Below, piece after piece: positions 48,554 through 59,016 of a DNA stretch of 64,000 nucleotides; positions within the stretch are counted from its first letter, which is position 1; each line of letters opens with the position of its first letter. A model generated the notes under the pieces. That model was given only the letters and a program-made list of their open reading frames with translations, searched no databases and had not been told where the DNA came from. The DNA lies in assembly GCA_036677065.1 (NCBI GenBank), contig JAKFBS010000003.1, positions 192,001 to 256,000 on the forward strand, read 5' to 3'. Origin of the DNA: Bdellovibrio sp. (GTDB lineage: Bacteria; Bdellovibrionota; Bdellovibrionia; Bdellovibrionales; Bdellovibrionaceae). The position numbers were made by a program, and so were the translations under genes.

Positions 48554-48660
48554 AAAATAAAAATAAATTTTTGAATCTCTTTTGACTCTCTGAGGGGTTT
48601 GATGTGCAATTTACATAGGTGCTATACGCGCCGCACATCAATCCTTTAACGGAGGTCTAA

Positions 48661-50001
48661 TTGAGTTCTAATCCTACACCTAAAGAAGCAAAACCTAAAC
48701 GTCGTAAAATTGTTCTGGATACCAATGTTATTTTATTCGACGCTTTTGCGTTGTTGAAATTTGGCGATGCTGATTTACATATTCCGTTTGCGGTGATCGA
48801 AGAAATCGATAAATTTAAACGCGACCAAGGTGAAAACGGGCGCAATGCGCGTCAGTTCAGCCGTTTTGTTGACGTTCTAAGATCAAAAGGAAGTTTAGCT
48901 CAAGGTGTACAAATCGATAACCACGAAACTATCGTCTACATCACGACAGATATGTTTTTGGCCGGTGTTCCTTCTGAATTAGACCAAAACAAAGCAGATA
49001 ACCGTATCTTAAGTACGGCGTTAGCTTTGCAAAAACAATTTCCTCGTCACAAAGTAGAATTGATTTCTAAAGATATCAATTTGCGTATCAAAGCTGACGT
49101 TTACGGTGTGAATGCAAAAGATTACGATAATTCAGATATCACTCAGGGAGATCTTTACGAAGGTTACCTTGAAATTGAAGTTAAGCCTGATGCGATCGAT
49201 ACTTTTTACCGTGATAAAAAATTAGTTGTTGATCACAAATTATATATTAACCAATACGTAATTTTAAAAGACGCTTCGAACCCAAATCACTCGGCGATCG
49301 GCCGTTTTTCTGGATTAGAAAAAGCAGTTGTGCCATTGATCAACCCACCAGACAGCATCTGGGGAATCCATGCACGCAACGTTGAACAATCTTTTGCCTT
49401 AGATGCATTATTAAATGACGAAATCATGATGGTTTCTTTAGTGGGTAAAGCGGGAACTGGTAAAACTTTATTAGCAATAGCCGCTGGTCTTTTTAAGACT
49501 CTTGATGAAGGCCGTTTCCAAAGACTTTTAGTTTCGCGTCCGATTTTTCCGATGGGCCGTGATATCGGTTACCTACCAGGTGATATCGAACAAAAGTTAA
49601 ATCCGTGGATGCAGCCGATTTTTGATAACGTTGAGTTCTTAATGGGTGCTGATAAAAAAGCAGCAGGCCGCGCTCAAGAGCTGATCAATCAAGGTATGTT
49701 AAATATTGAGCCTTTAACTTATATCCGTGGTCGCAGTATTCCTAAGCAGTACTTAATCGTGGATGAGGCGCAGAATTTAACTCCGCACGAGATTAAAACG
49801 ATTATTACCCGTGCTGGCAGCGGCACTAAGGTGATTCTAACGGGTGACGTTTATCAGATCGATAATCCGTACGTAGATTCAGCGAATTCTGGTTTGACTC
49901 ACGCTGTAGAACGTTTCAAAGGCCAAACTATTGCGGCCCATGTCACGCTGACTAAAGGTGAAAGATCAGCACTTGCCGAATTAGCGGCAAATATTCTATA
50001 A
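48661..50001 (+). CDS. PIN domain plus PhoH ATPase (PhoH2/YlaK-like)
   Basis: VLDTNV, SKDINLRIKA, GKAGTGKT, IRGRS, DEAQN. Confidence 0.93.
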   Translation: MSSNPTPKEAKPKRRKIVLDTNVILFDAFALLKFGDADLHIPFAVIEEIDKFKRDQGENGRNARQFSRFVDVLRSKGSLAQGVQIDNHETIVYITTDMFLAGVPSELDQNKADNRILSTALALQKQFPRHKVELISKDINLRIKADVYGVNAKDYDNSDITQGDLYEGYLEIEVKPDAIDTFYRDKKLVVDHKLYINQYVILKDASNPNHSAIGRFSGLEKAVVPLINPPDSIWGIHARNVEQSFALDALLNDEIMMVSLVGKAGTGKTLLAIAAGLFKTLDEGRFQRLLVSRPIFPMGRDIGYLPGDIEQKLNPWMQPIFDNVEFLMGADKKAAGRAQELINQGMLNIEPLTYIRGRSIPKQYLIVDEAQNLTPHEIKTIITRAGSGTKVILTGDVYQIDNPYVDSANSGLTHAVERFKGQTIAAHVTLTKGERSALAELAANIL

Positions 50002-50008
50002 CATTCAG

Positions 50009-50479
50009 ATGTCATCATCAAAATTTTTAGAAGAAGAAAAAGCAAGACAAAACGCGAAAGACGTCGGCTACAAAGCCGTCGTCAAACAAGTGATTACCGA
50101 CAAAATGGTTCGCCAATTTGCCGAAGTGTCTGGAGACTTTAATCCGATCCATCTTGATGATGAGTACGCGAAGAACACAATTTTCAAACAACGTATCGCG
50201 CACGGGATGATCTTGGGCGCGATTATTTCCAGATGTTTAAACACAGCGATTGGCACAGGCGGTATCTACCGTGGCCAAACGTTAAAGTTTTACAATCCGG
50301 TTTTCATCGACGATGAAATCACTTTCGAACTGACGATCACAAAACTTCACCGCACCCGTGGTTTAGGCGTTATTGAAACTATTGCTAAAAAAGCTAATGG
50401 CGATGTCGTCGCTAAAGGCGAAGCAACTATCGTAATGGCCAGTAACGTTCAGGGCGAAGCTTCTACTAGCGCTGAATAA
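50009..50479 (+). CDS. MaoC-family (R)-enoyl-CoA hydratase/dehydratase
   Basis: SGDFNPIHLD, RIAHGM, PVFIDD. Confidence 0.92.
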   Translation: MSSSKFLEEEKARQNAKDVGYKAVVKQVITDKMVRQFAEVSGDFNPIHLDDEYAKNTIFKQRIAHGMILGAIISRCLNTAIGTGGIYRGQTLKFYNPVFIDDEITFELTITKLHRTRGLGVIETIAKKANGDVVAKGEATIVMASNVQGEASTSAE

Positions 50480-50576
50480 TCCCGGTAAAACACATGTAAA
50501 AATATTAGACGATCTTGCAGTATTCACTCGGTGAAGGGATCGTTATTGCGTTCACTGTGCTCTCTCGGGTACAAGC

Positions 50577-51047
50577 TTGTCTATGGGTCGGGAATTAGTC
50601 GTTTTTATCATTGGAATACTAGGTGTGCTAAGTTTGCACGCCAGCAACTGCGGTATAGTCGTGGGAACCTGCGAATATTATCAATGTTTAGAAAAACAAG
50701 AAAACTGCGGAAACAACGGGTATTATATTCAGTTCGGTTCGCATTACTGCCATAAATACCAAGTCGAAGAATATAAATACACACAGCCTGGCAAAGAATT
50801 TTTAAATAAAATCAGAGTGTGTCTGCAAGACGAATTAGAACGCGAATATTCGCGAGCCGGTGAATTGCCAAAATGCAGTAAAATAAAAAAGTTTGCTGTC
50901 GAGACGCATAAGCACTGTTACACAGAAAATAAATTCTGCAATCTGCCAGATTCAGATCAACGCCATATCAAATTCGCTGCGAAAAAAGAAATCTTCGATT
51001 TTCAATTGCTGAAATTCGCTTTCTGGCTAGAAAAAAGCTGTTTCTAA
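50577..51047 (+). CDS. Secreted Cys-rich protein with stanniocalcin-like pattern
   Basis: Signal peptide; CEYYQCLE...CG..GY...FG..YC...R.CLQ...C...A..TH..CY....FC.L. Confidence 0.55.
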   Translation: MSMGRELVVFIIGILGVLSLHASNCGIVVGTCEYYQCLEKQENCGNNGYYIQFGSHYCHKYQVEEYKYTQPGKEFLNKIRVCLQDELEREYSRAGELPKCSKIKKFAVETHKHCYTENKFCNLPDSDQRHIKFAAKKEIFDFQLLKFAFWLEKSCF

Positions 51048-51135
51048 GATTTGCCACAACCACTTCGATTTTATGACGCAATTTCATCACTCAGGGTTTC
51101 GGTCAACAATGTTGACTGAACTACAGAGCGCCGTT

Positions 51136-51822
51136 TTATAAGCAATATTCTAAATTTTTTCTAAGAGTATTTTTGAATTGTTCTGCGCTGAGCTTGCCTT
51201 GGCCTAAAACTTTCTCAACAGAAATCATAGTTTCGGTTTTAAAACCGCAAGGGTTGATGCCTGTAAACGCTGTAGGATCATTAAAAAAATTAATCGCAGC
51301 ACCGTGATAAGTAATCCATTTTTTTACGGCAATGCCCAGAGATGCAATCTTTTGGTTTTCCATCCAGACGCCAGTTTCATCGGTTTCAACTTGTTGGCCT
51401 GGCATTTTTTGTGGGGTTTTTCCTTCGGCAGTGATGCCGAATTCTTTTAAGGTTTTAACGATGGCACTTTCAAACGTACGTAAATAGCCGCGCACATCTT
51501 GCACGCCGCGTGGCTCATCTGATTCTGCTTTTTTACCGCGGGGATTTTTTAAACTGATAATTGGGTAGACCACGATTTGTGAAGGGCCATGGTATGTAGC
51601 TCTGCCGCCGCGTGAAACTTCGATGACCGAACCTTGCCATGAAAAGATGTCTGAGGCTTGGGTTTGTCTTCCGGTAGTCACTACTGCCGGGTGTGAGCAA
51701 AAGATTAAGAAGCCTGGGTGCGATTCGCCCTGTGATAAAGCTTGATCAAGTTTTTCAACATACTCTAGCTGTTTATTCATGGCCTCTTCATAAGAGATGA
51801 GGCCCCAGTCTTCAAACATCAT
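51136..51822 (-). CDS. lipB: Octanoyltransferase
   Basis: HPAVVTTG, RGGRATYHGPSQ, KIASLG, HGAAIN, INPCG. Confidence 0.95.
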   Translation of the reverse strand: MMFEDWGLISYEEAMNKQLEYVEKLDQALSQGESHPGFLIFCSHPAVVTTGRQTQASDIFSWQGSVIEVSRGGRATYHGPSQIVVYPIISLKNPRGKKAESDEPRGVQDVRGYLRTFESAIVKTLKEFGITAEGKTPQKMPGQQVETDETGVWMENQKIASLGIAVKKWITYHGAAINFFNDPTAFTGINPCGFKTETMISVEKVLGQGKLSAEQFKNTLRKNLEYCL

Positions 51823-51848
51823 TGGAATTAAATCCCGCGCGCGAGCGC

Positions 51849-53291
51849 TTAGGCGTGAGCGTTTTTGCTCGCGCCACCTAAAGGTTTTTGGATGATATGA
51901 ATCGCGTGTCCTAACGTAGCTTCGGCAGCTTCCATCATTGTTTCACCTAAAGTTGGGTGAGGATGGATTGTTAAAGCAACGTCTTCAATACGGGCTCCCA
52001 TTTCGATCGCTAGCGCAGCTTCTGAAATTAAATTCGAAGCTTCTGGTCCAACGATGTGAACGCCTAATAAAACGTGAGTTTTTTTGTCAGCGATCATTTT
52101 TACGAAACCGTCAGTTTCCATCATGCTTACGGCGCGGCCGTTGGCTGCGAATGGAAATTTAGAGATTAATAAATCGTTAAAGCCTTTTGCTTTGCATTCA
52201 GCTTCAGTCATGCCGGCAGATGCGATTTCTGGATCTGTGAAAACCACTGCAGGAACTGTTTTTGCGTCGTACACGCGGTTGATGCCAGAGATAATTTCTG
52301 GAACCATTACGCCTTCGTGTGATGCTTTGTGCGCAAGCATTGGTTGGCCACAAATATCGCCGATGGCGAAAATGTGCGGGATGTTTGTTCTGCGTTGAGC
52401 ATCCACTTTGATAAAGCCGCGTTCATCAACTGCAATGCCACAACCTTTGATGTTAGCTTGATCGCCATTTGGACGACGGCCAACAGTAACTAAGATTTTA
52501 TCACATTTGATCACTTCGTCTTTACCGTTGATTTCAACAGTCACTTCATAACCGTCTTTAGTTTTCTTTTGGCCTTTAGCTTTTGCGCCAAATTTAAATT
52601 GGATACCGGCTTTTTCAGCTTTACGAGTAACAACTTGAGCGCACTCAGGATCTACTACGCCAGCTAATAATGAAGCTTGAGCTTCAACAACGATAACTTC
52701 AGATCCTAATTTGCGTAAGTATGACGTGATTTCTAAACCGATGTAACCGCCACCGATGGCCACTACGCGTTTAGGAATTTCGTCGAAGTTTAAAGCTCCT
52801 GTAGATGAGCAAATATCTTTTTCATCAAACGGAAAGCCTGGGATTTCAATTGGGCGTGAGCCTGTTGCGATAATGAAATGTTTGGCTGTGATTGAATCTG
52901 TTCCAGTTGAAGATTTAACCGTTAATTCTTTAGTCGTTTTAAAAGTTGCTTCACCTTTAATAATAGTAACAGTGTTACCTTTTAAAAGTTGGTTCACACC
53001 ACCTGACATTTTGTCGCAAACAGATTGTTTCCATTTAACTAAAGTTTTCATATCAACGTCGATACCGCCTTTGATATTTAAACCCATTGTTTTGAAATCA
53101 TGCTGGGCACGGTGTAACATGTGCGTCGCTGTGATCATCGCTTTAGACGGGATACAACCTACGTTTAAGCACACGCCGCCAAGGGCTTCGCGCTCGATGA
53201 TCGCTGTTTTAAAACCCAATTGCGAAGCACGGATAGCTGCTACGTAACCTCCCGGACCAGAACCAATTACTACGATATCAAAATTTTGCAT
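51849..53291 (-). CDS. lpdA: Dihydrolipoyl dehydrogenase (E3)
   Basis: GSGPGG, GGVCLNVGCIPSK, GGGYIG, HPHPTLGE. Confidence 0.97.
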   Translation of the reverse strand: MQNFDIVVIGSGPGGYVAAIRASQLGFKTAIIEREALGGVCLNVGCIPSKAMITATHMLHRAQHDFKTMGLNIKGGIDVDMKTLVKWKQSVCDKMSGGVNQLLKGNTVTIIKGEATFKTTKELTVKSSTGTDSITAKHFIIATGSRPIEIPGFPFDEKDICSSTGALNFDEIPKRVVAIGGGYIGLEITSYLRKLGSEVIVVEAQASLLAGVVDPECAQVVTRKAEKAGIQFKFGAKAKGQKKTKDGYEVTVEINGKDEVIKCDKILVTVGRRPNGDQANIKGCGIAVDERGFIKVDAQRRTNIPHIFAIGDICGQPMLAHKASHEGVMVPEIISGINRVYDAKTVPAVVFTDPEIASAGMTEAECKAKGFNDLLISKFPFAANGRAVSMMETDGFVKMIADKKTHVLLGVHIVGPEASNLISEAALAIEMGARIEDVALTIHPHPTLGETMMEAAEATLGHAIHIIQKPLGGASKNAHA

Positions 53292-53294
53292 AAA

Positions 53295-53624
53295 TTATTT
53301 ACTTCCTTTTTCAGCTTGCTGCTTGTCGTACTCAGCTTTTCCTTTAAGGTAACCTTTTTTAAATGTGCGTTCTAAAGTTTTAGGGCAGTTGCCCGTGTAG
53401 ATTCCACCCTGGCGCCCGAATTCTAAACCGCCATTGTAACTGCAGAACAAAGTTTCTTCTTTTTCTGGAGTCAGAGGTGTAGATGGAACAGCAGATTCAG
53501 TGGCTTTAGATTCGCTGATACTTTTTTGTTCCCAATCAGTTGATGGAACAAGCACAGGTGCAGAGCTGCAACCTGTAAACTGAACGGCCATCGCAAACAT
53601 CGAAAACAAAAAGATTTTTTTCAT
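53295..53624 (-). CDS. Small lipoprotein
   Basis: Lipobox FTGC; FC...G...G..G..Y.G.CP...F.KGY pattern. Confidence 0.65.
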   Translation of the reverse strand: MKKIFLFSMFAMAVQFTGCSSAPVLVPSTDWEQKSISESKATESAVPSTPLTPEKEETLFCSYNGGLEFGRQGGIYTGNCPKTLERTFKKGYLKGKAEYDKQQAEKGSK

Positions 53625-55270
53625 TACGACATTCCCATCATCAACACGCCAGGGTTTTGAATTTTCTGGAAGAATGATTTTAAGAAGTTCGCGGCTACTG
53701 CGCCATCGATTAAACGGTGATCTGCAGTGATTGTGTAATTCATAGCTTTGATAAAACCGATAGAGCCATCTTTTTTAAGAATTGGTTTATCAGATAATTT
53801 GTACATACCAAGAATGGCTACTTCTGGGTGATTGATGATTGGTGTTGCGTAAGTTCCGCCAACAGATCCGATATTTGTAATCGTGATCGTTGCACCTTTC
53901 ATTTCGTCTGGTTTTAATTTTCCGTCACGAGCACGTTTAGATAGATCAATAATTTCTTTTGAAATTTCTAAAATAGATTTTTGGTCAGCATTTTTAATCA
54001 CTGGAACCATTAAGCCATTTGGAGTGTCAGCGGCAAAACCGATATTGAAATATTTTTTGTAAACGATTTGTGAATTAGCATCGTCAATTGAAGCATTGAA
54101 CTGTGGAAATTCTTTGATCGTTGCAATCATAGCTTTCATAGCAAACGGTAAGTAAGTGATCTTAGTTCCGTTTTTCTCAGCGTAATCTTTTAGTGATTCA
54201 CGTAAAGCAACTAACTGAGTTACATCAGCTTCATCCATCAATGTGAAATGCGGAATGATCGCTTTAGACATTTGCATGTTTTGTGCGATTTTCTTGCGAA
54301 TTCCTAATAGATCAACACGCTCTTCTAACCCAGCATTTGTCGATTTGTACTCTGGTTTCGGGAAGTTCATTGAAGGAGCTCCGGCTGAAGTTGCGCCGGC
54401 GCCAGTCGATGTCGCAGCTGTTGCTTTGCCGCCTTTAGAACTTAATACGTCTTCACGAGTTACTCGTCCTGCTAATCCAGAACCAGTCATACCATTGATA
54501 TCAACACCCATCTCGCGAGCTAAACGGCGAGTCGCTGGAGTTGCTAACACACGTGATTCAGCTACAGGAGGGTAGATGCCACCAGCTGCTGAAGCCGACA
54601 TGGCCGCCGCCGAGGCTTGCGGAGCATGAGCGCCGTTAGAGCTTGCTGCAGGAGCCGCAGGTTTGTGAGCTTGTGATGCGGGAGCAGAAGTCGTTGCGCC
54701 AGTAGCGCCTGATAAAGTTAGAATCACAGATTCAACTTTGATCACATCACCTTTTTTAAATTTAAATTCTTTTACAACACCAGCTACTGGAGTTGGAACT
54801 TCAACAGTCGCTTTATCAGTCATGATCTCTGCAACAGTTTGATCAGCTTTAACAGCATCACCAATGTTTACAGTCCATTTAACTAATTCGCCTTCAGTAA
54901 CGCCTTCGCCTAATTCAGGAAGTTTTACATCCGTTGATCCGCCACCAGAAGTTGCAGCAGGTGCCGGAGCAGCCGCAGCTTGTGGAGCAGGTTTAGCAGC
55001 TGCTGCGGTAGCAGGAGCCGAAGCTGTAGCCGAAGCACCGCCTTCAAGTCTTAAAAGTACAGATTCAACTTTAACAACTTGGCCTGGCTTAAATAATAAT
55101 TCTTTAACAACGCCAGCAATCGGAGTTGGAACTTCAACTGTTGCTTTGTCGGTCATCATTTCACAAACAGTTTGATCGGCTTTAACAGTGTCGCCTGGTT
55201 TTACTAACCATTTAACTAATTCGCCCTCGGTTACGCCTTCACCTAATTCAGGTAATTTTACATCAGCCAT
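53624..55270 (-). CDS. 2-oxoacid dehydrogenase E2 acyltransferase with two lipoyl domains; start ATG 55270
   Basis: Two TDKA lipoyl sites, ATPATRRLA subunit-binding domain, DHRLIDG; AAGGA RBS. Confidence 0.95.
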   Translation of the reverse strand: MADVKLPELGEGVTEGELVKWLVKPGDTVKADQTVCEMMTDKATVEVPTPIAGVVKELLFKPGQVVKVESVLLRLEGGASATASAPATAAAAKPAPQAAAAPAPAATSGGGSTDVKLPELGEGVTEGELVKWTVNIGDAVKADQTVAEIMTDKATVEVPTPVAGVVKEFKFKKGDVIKVESVILTLSGATGATTSAPASQAHKPAAPAASSNGAHAPQASAAAMSASAAGGIYPPVAESRVLATPATRRLAREMGVDINGMTGSGLAGRVTREDVLSSKGGKATAATSTGAGATSAGAPSMNFPKPEYKSTNAGLEERVDLLGIRKKIAQNMQMSKAIIPHFTLMDEADVTQLVALRESLKDYAEKNGTKITYLPFAMKAMIATIKEFPQFNASIDDANSQIVYKKYFNIGFAADTPNGLMVPVIKNADQKSILEISKEIIDLSKRARDGKLKPDEMKGATITITNIGSVGGTYATPIINHPEVAILGMYKLSDKPILKKDGSIGFIKAMNYTITADHRLIDGAVAANFLKSFFQKIQNPGVLMMGMS

Positions 55271-55271
55271 T

Positions 55272-56288
55272 CTAGTTGTTTCCTTTCGCTGCGTCTGTAG
55301 ACACTTGTCCACTCATTCTTTGTACTTTATTTAATTCTCTATTTTGTTTAATCATGCCTTCTAAGAAAAACTCTCCCGCACGGTAAGAGCTTCGAACAAG
55401 TGGACCTGAAGCTACGTATAAAAACCCTAAGCCTTCAGCCGTTTCTTTCCAGTAATTAAATTTTTCTGGAGTAATGTATTCAATAACTTTTAAATGTTTC
55501 GGAGTTGGTTGTAAGTATTGACCAAAAGTCACAACGTCACAGCCCACTTCACGCAAGTCTTTTAAAGTTTGCAGAATCTCTTCATCTGTTTCGCCTAAGC
55601 CCAACATGATTGAAGATTTAGTGTAAATATTTGAATCGAATTTTTTTACTGACGCTAATACATCCATTGACTGGCGGTACTTAGCGCGTGGGTCACGTAC
55701 TTTTGGAGTTAAACGCTCAACAGTTTCAATGTTGTGAGCAAATACATCTGGGTACGCTGCTGCTAGGTGAAGAATTAATTTTTCATCACCGCGAAAGTCT
55801 GGAGTTAAAATTTCGATGATTAAATCTGGATCTAATTTTTTCATGGTCTTAACAGTTCTTGCGAAATGGTCAGAACCTTGATCAGGCATATCATCGCGAT
55901 CAACTGAAGTAACAACCACGTATTTTAATTTCATCTGAGAAACTGAGTACGCTACTTTTTCTGGCTCAAAAGGATCAACCGGTGGTAAACCGATTTTTGC
56001 ATTTCCAGTTTTCACGTTACAGAAACGGCAGCCGCGTGTGCAAGTGTCGCCCATGATCATGATTGTAGCTGTGCCGCCAGACCAGCATTCGCCCATGTTG
56101 GGACAACGCGCTTCTTGGCAAACAGTGGCAAGTTTTAATTCGCCTAACATTTCTTTAATGCGCGCGTAGTTTTCTCCGGCTGGAGCTTTTACTTTTAACC
56201 AATCTGGTTTGCGAACTACTGGCACAGGTGCCGGAGTAGGATTTTCGCTCGAGTTATCACTAGGAATGTCATTCAACATAACTGCCAC
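55272..56288 (-). CDS. lipA: Lipoyl synthase
   Basis: [24 protein letters not shown]. Confidence 0.97.
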   Translation of the reverse strand: MAVMLNDIPSDNSSENPTPAPVPVVRKPDWLKVKAPAGENYARIKEMLGELKLATVCQEARCPNMGECWSGGTATIMIMGDTCTRGCRFCNVKTGNAKIGLPPVDPFEPEKVAYSVSQMKLKYVVVTSVDRDDMPDQGSDHFARTVKTMKKLDPDLIIEILTPDFRGDEKLILHLAAAYPDVFAHNIETVERLTPKVRDPRAKYRQSMDVLASVKKFDSNIYTKSSIMLGLGETDEEILQTLKDLREVGCDVVTFGQYLQPTPKHLKVIEYITPEKFNYWKETAEGLGFLYVASGPLVRSSYRAGEFFLEGMIKQNRELNKVQRMSGQVSTDAAKGNN

Positions 56289-56462
56289 CTTTTAGTGCAA
56301 ATTTATCACTCAAAATTAGAGCTTTATTTCTAACTTCAAAGAGGGGTCATGGCAAACATTTTAACTGGCAAAACAGGGGTATGCCAAGGCAAGCTAAAAT
56401 TACAGGCCATTGTGCCGCTCCTAGGTAGACTAAACAGCCACGATTTGTTAGCTATATAGGCT

Positions 56463-58259
56463 ATGACATTACTGCACGAACCTTTAAGAAAACTCGTTTC
56501 TCAAACTCTAATCACGTTAATTCAAGTCCAACTTGAAGCTGGCGGAGTTGCTAAAGACGCAATGAGTGTGGGTGATGTCTACAAAGCTCTAGTCGATGCC
56601 CCAAATACTGATCTTGGACATTTAGCTTTTGGTTGTTTCATTACAGCTAAGAATTTAAAAAAAGGCCCGCCAGTTGTCGCCCAACTTTTAGCGCAAGAAT
56701 TAAAAAATGAAGTGGCGCAAAATATCGTTTTAAAAAAAGCGATCGCGTCAGTTGAAGCCGCTGGTCCGTACATTAACATTAAATTTTCAGCTGCAGGTTT
56801 AGCAGATTACATTTTAAAACCTCTTTTATCTGGCGAAACTTTTTCTGCGCAGTTAACTGAAGCTACTCCTAAAATGATGATCGAGTATTCACAACCGAAC
56901 ACGCACAAAGAATTACACGTAGGTCACATGCGTAACATGTGTTTAGGTGATTCAATCGTTAGATTACTTCGTTATTCTGGTTACAATATTTTGGCTTCAA
57001 CTTTTCCTGGAGATGTTGGAACTCACGTTGCTAAATGTCTTTGGTATATGAAATTTCACAATAAAGAATCAGCGCCGATGATGAACAAAGGCACTTGGTT
57101 GGGGGCGATGTACTCAAAAGGAAATCTTTTATTAGAAGACCAAGTCGGTACTCCGCAAGAAGATGAAAACAGAAAGATTCTGACTGAAATTTTAAAACAA
57201 TTAGAAGCTAAAAACGGCGAATACTACGATTTATGGAAGCAAACTCGTGAGTGGTCGATCGATTTAATGAAAGAAATTTATAACTGGGCCGACATTAAAT
57301 TTGACCAGTGGTATTTTGAATCAGACGTTGATTCTGACTCTGTAAAAACAATCAAAAAATACCTAGCTGAAGGTAAACTTGTCGAATCACAAGGTGCGAT
57401 CGGCTTAGATTTTTCTGAAGAAAACATGGGATTTTGCTTATTACTTAAATCTGATGGCACAGGTCTTTATGCGACGAAAGATATCGAGTTAGCTCGTCGT
57501 AAATTTGAAGAACATAAAATTCAAAAATCAATTTATGTAGTTGATCAAAGACAAGCTTTACATTTTAAACAAGTTTTTAAAGCCTTAGAAGTTTTAGGTT
57601 TTGAACAAGCTAAAGACTGTTACCATTTACAATATAATTTTGTTGAGCTGCCAGACGGGGCGATGAGCTCTCGTAAAGGCAATATCGTGCCGTTGACGAC
57701 ACTTATCGACACAATGAAGGCTCACATTAAATCAGAATACTTAGCCCGTTACGCGAGCGAGTGGACTGCAGAAGAAGTAGCTATGGTTGCAGACCAAGTG
57801 GCCAAAGGTGCGATCAAATACGGAATGTTAAAGCAAGATACGAACAAAAAAATCGTGTTTGATATGAGCGAATGGACAAAACTTGATGGTGAATCAGGTC
57901 CATTCATTCAATACTCTTCAGCACGTATTAATTCACTTCTTAAAAAGTTCTCATTCGATACAAAGGCGGAATTTGCCGGAGAAGTTTTATCTCACGCCAG
58001 CGAATTAAAACTAATGCAACATCTAATGAATTTTAACACTGTCGTTTTAAACTCTGCTGAAAACTATAAACCAGCTTCGTTATGCTCATACCTTTATGAT
58101 ACGGCGAAAAAGTTTAATTCGTTTTATCATGATTGTCCGATCGGAACTGCTGAAACACCTGATCTTAAGAAGGCACGCATGGCCTTGGCTTATTCAACAG
58201 GTGTAGTGCTTAAACAGGGCTTAAGTTTATTAGGCATTCCGACTCCTGAAAGAATGTAA
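56463..58259 (+). CDS. argS: Arginine--tRNA ligase
   Basis: EYSQPN...LHVGHMRN, KSDGTGLY, MSSRKG, DALR-type C-terminus ending PERM. Confidence 0.97.
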   Translation: MTLLHEPLRKLVSQTLITLIQVQLEAGGVAKDAMSVGDVYKALVDAPNTDLGHLAFGCFITAKNLKKGPPVVAQLLAQELKNEVAQNIVLKKAIASVEAAGPYINIKFSAAGLADYILKPLLSGETFSAQLTEATPKMMIEYSQPNTHKELHVGHMRNMCLGDSIVRLLRYSGYNILASTFPGDVGTHVAKCLWYMKFHNKESAPMMNKGTWLGAMYSKGNLLLEDQVGTPQEDENRKILTEILKQLEAKNGEYYDLWKQTREWSIDLMKEIYNWADIKFDQWYFESDVDSDSVKTIKKYLAEGKLVESQGAIGLDFSEENMGFCLLLKSDGTGLYATKDIELARRKFEEHKIQKSIYVVDQRQALHFKQVFKALEVLGFEQAKDCYHLQYNFVELPDGAMSSRKGNIVPLTTLIDTMKAHIKSEYLARYASEWTAEEVAMVADQVAKGAIKYGMLKQDTNKKIVFDMSEWTKLDGESGPFIQYSSARINSLLKKFSFDTKAEFAGEVLSHASELKLMQHLMNFNTVVLNSAENYKPASLCSYLYDTAKKFNSFYHDCPIGTAETPDLKKARMALAYSTGVVLKQGLSLLGIPTPERM

Positions 58260-58268
58260 TCCACAAAT

Positions 58269-58300
58269 AAAAAAAAGCCCCGATCTTTCGATCGAGGCTT
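58269..58300. terminator. Intrinsic terminator between convergent genes
   Basis: A-tract then AGCCCCGATC-TTTC-GATCGAGGCT hairpin. Confidence 0.7.
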
Positions 58301-58330
58301 AATGGTGTGTTCTTTAAAATTTAAAGCTAA

Positions 58331-58924
58331 TTACTCAGCTAATCCTAAGAAAATTTGTAAACGCGCGCGTGAACCGATTAGGTTTTGCGACGTTGCTACA
58401 AGTTCAATTGATTCAACACGTACAGAGTATTGGTAATCTAAACGTACACGTACTTCTTGGCCTTCTCTTACGATACCAGTAGTGATGTTCGTTGTGCGGC
58501 CGTTTGATAAACGAGCATAAGCACGGATGATTTGGGTGTCAGCTTGTGAAGAGCGTAATAAAACTTCATTCACTAAACGGTGACCAACGCGTAAATGAAT
58601 AGTTTCGTTTGAAAATTTTTCTACCTTAGTTGTTCCCATATCTAACCAACGGTAAGTGCGTGCCGGACCGTAGTCAGAATATCCTGGGTGTGAAGGGTAT
58701 CCTGGTTCATACGGATTACTTGGGTAACCTGGCTCGTATGGATTGTTGTGGCCAGAACCTGGGCCGTGACCATTGCCATTACCGGGAACGTGATGTCCGC
58801 CGTTACCGCCGTGGTGACCACCGTTACCAGAGCCTGGGCCATGACCGTTGCCATTGCCTGGAACTAAGTGTTGAGCTTGTGCTACGCCCGCTACTAGCAT
58901 GATTGCTAAAAGTAAAGTTTTCAT
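58331..58924 (-). CDS. Secreted protein with Gly/His/Asn and Pro/Tyr repeats and a C-terminal beta-sandwich
   Basis: Signal peptide; VPGNGNGHGPGSG x2; NPYEPGYPS x2. Confidence 0.75.
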   Translation of the reverse strand: MKTLLLAIMLVAGVAQAQHLVPGNGNGHGPGSGNGGHHGGNGGHHVPGNGNGHGPGSGHNNPYEPGYPSNPYEPGYPSHPGYSDYGPARTYRWLDMGTTKVEKFSNETIHLRVGHRLVNEVLLRSSQADTQIIRAYARLSNGRTTNITTGIVREGQEVRVRLDYQYSVRVESIELVATSQNLIGSRARLQIFLGLAE

Positions 58925-58998
58925 AAATTCCCCTTATATATTTATTGTCACCATCAACTGGTGTCATTTGTTTCATTATTCTGTACGTGGGTCATTAG

Positions 58999-59015
58999 AG
59001 CAAAAGGTCGGCCAG
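58999..59015 (-). promoter_or_regulatory. sigma54 promoter
   Basis: Minus strand CTGGCCGACCTTTTGCT (GG-N10-GC). Confidence 0.6.
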
Positions 59016-59016
59016 C

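Noticed and set aside
48661..50001. PIN-domain toxin or defence system
   Set aside because: Standard PIN-PhoH fusion in a housekeeping context with no antitoxin partner.
54760..55270. DNA-level direct repeat inside the E2 gene
   Set aside because: Explained by the two tandem lipoyl domains.
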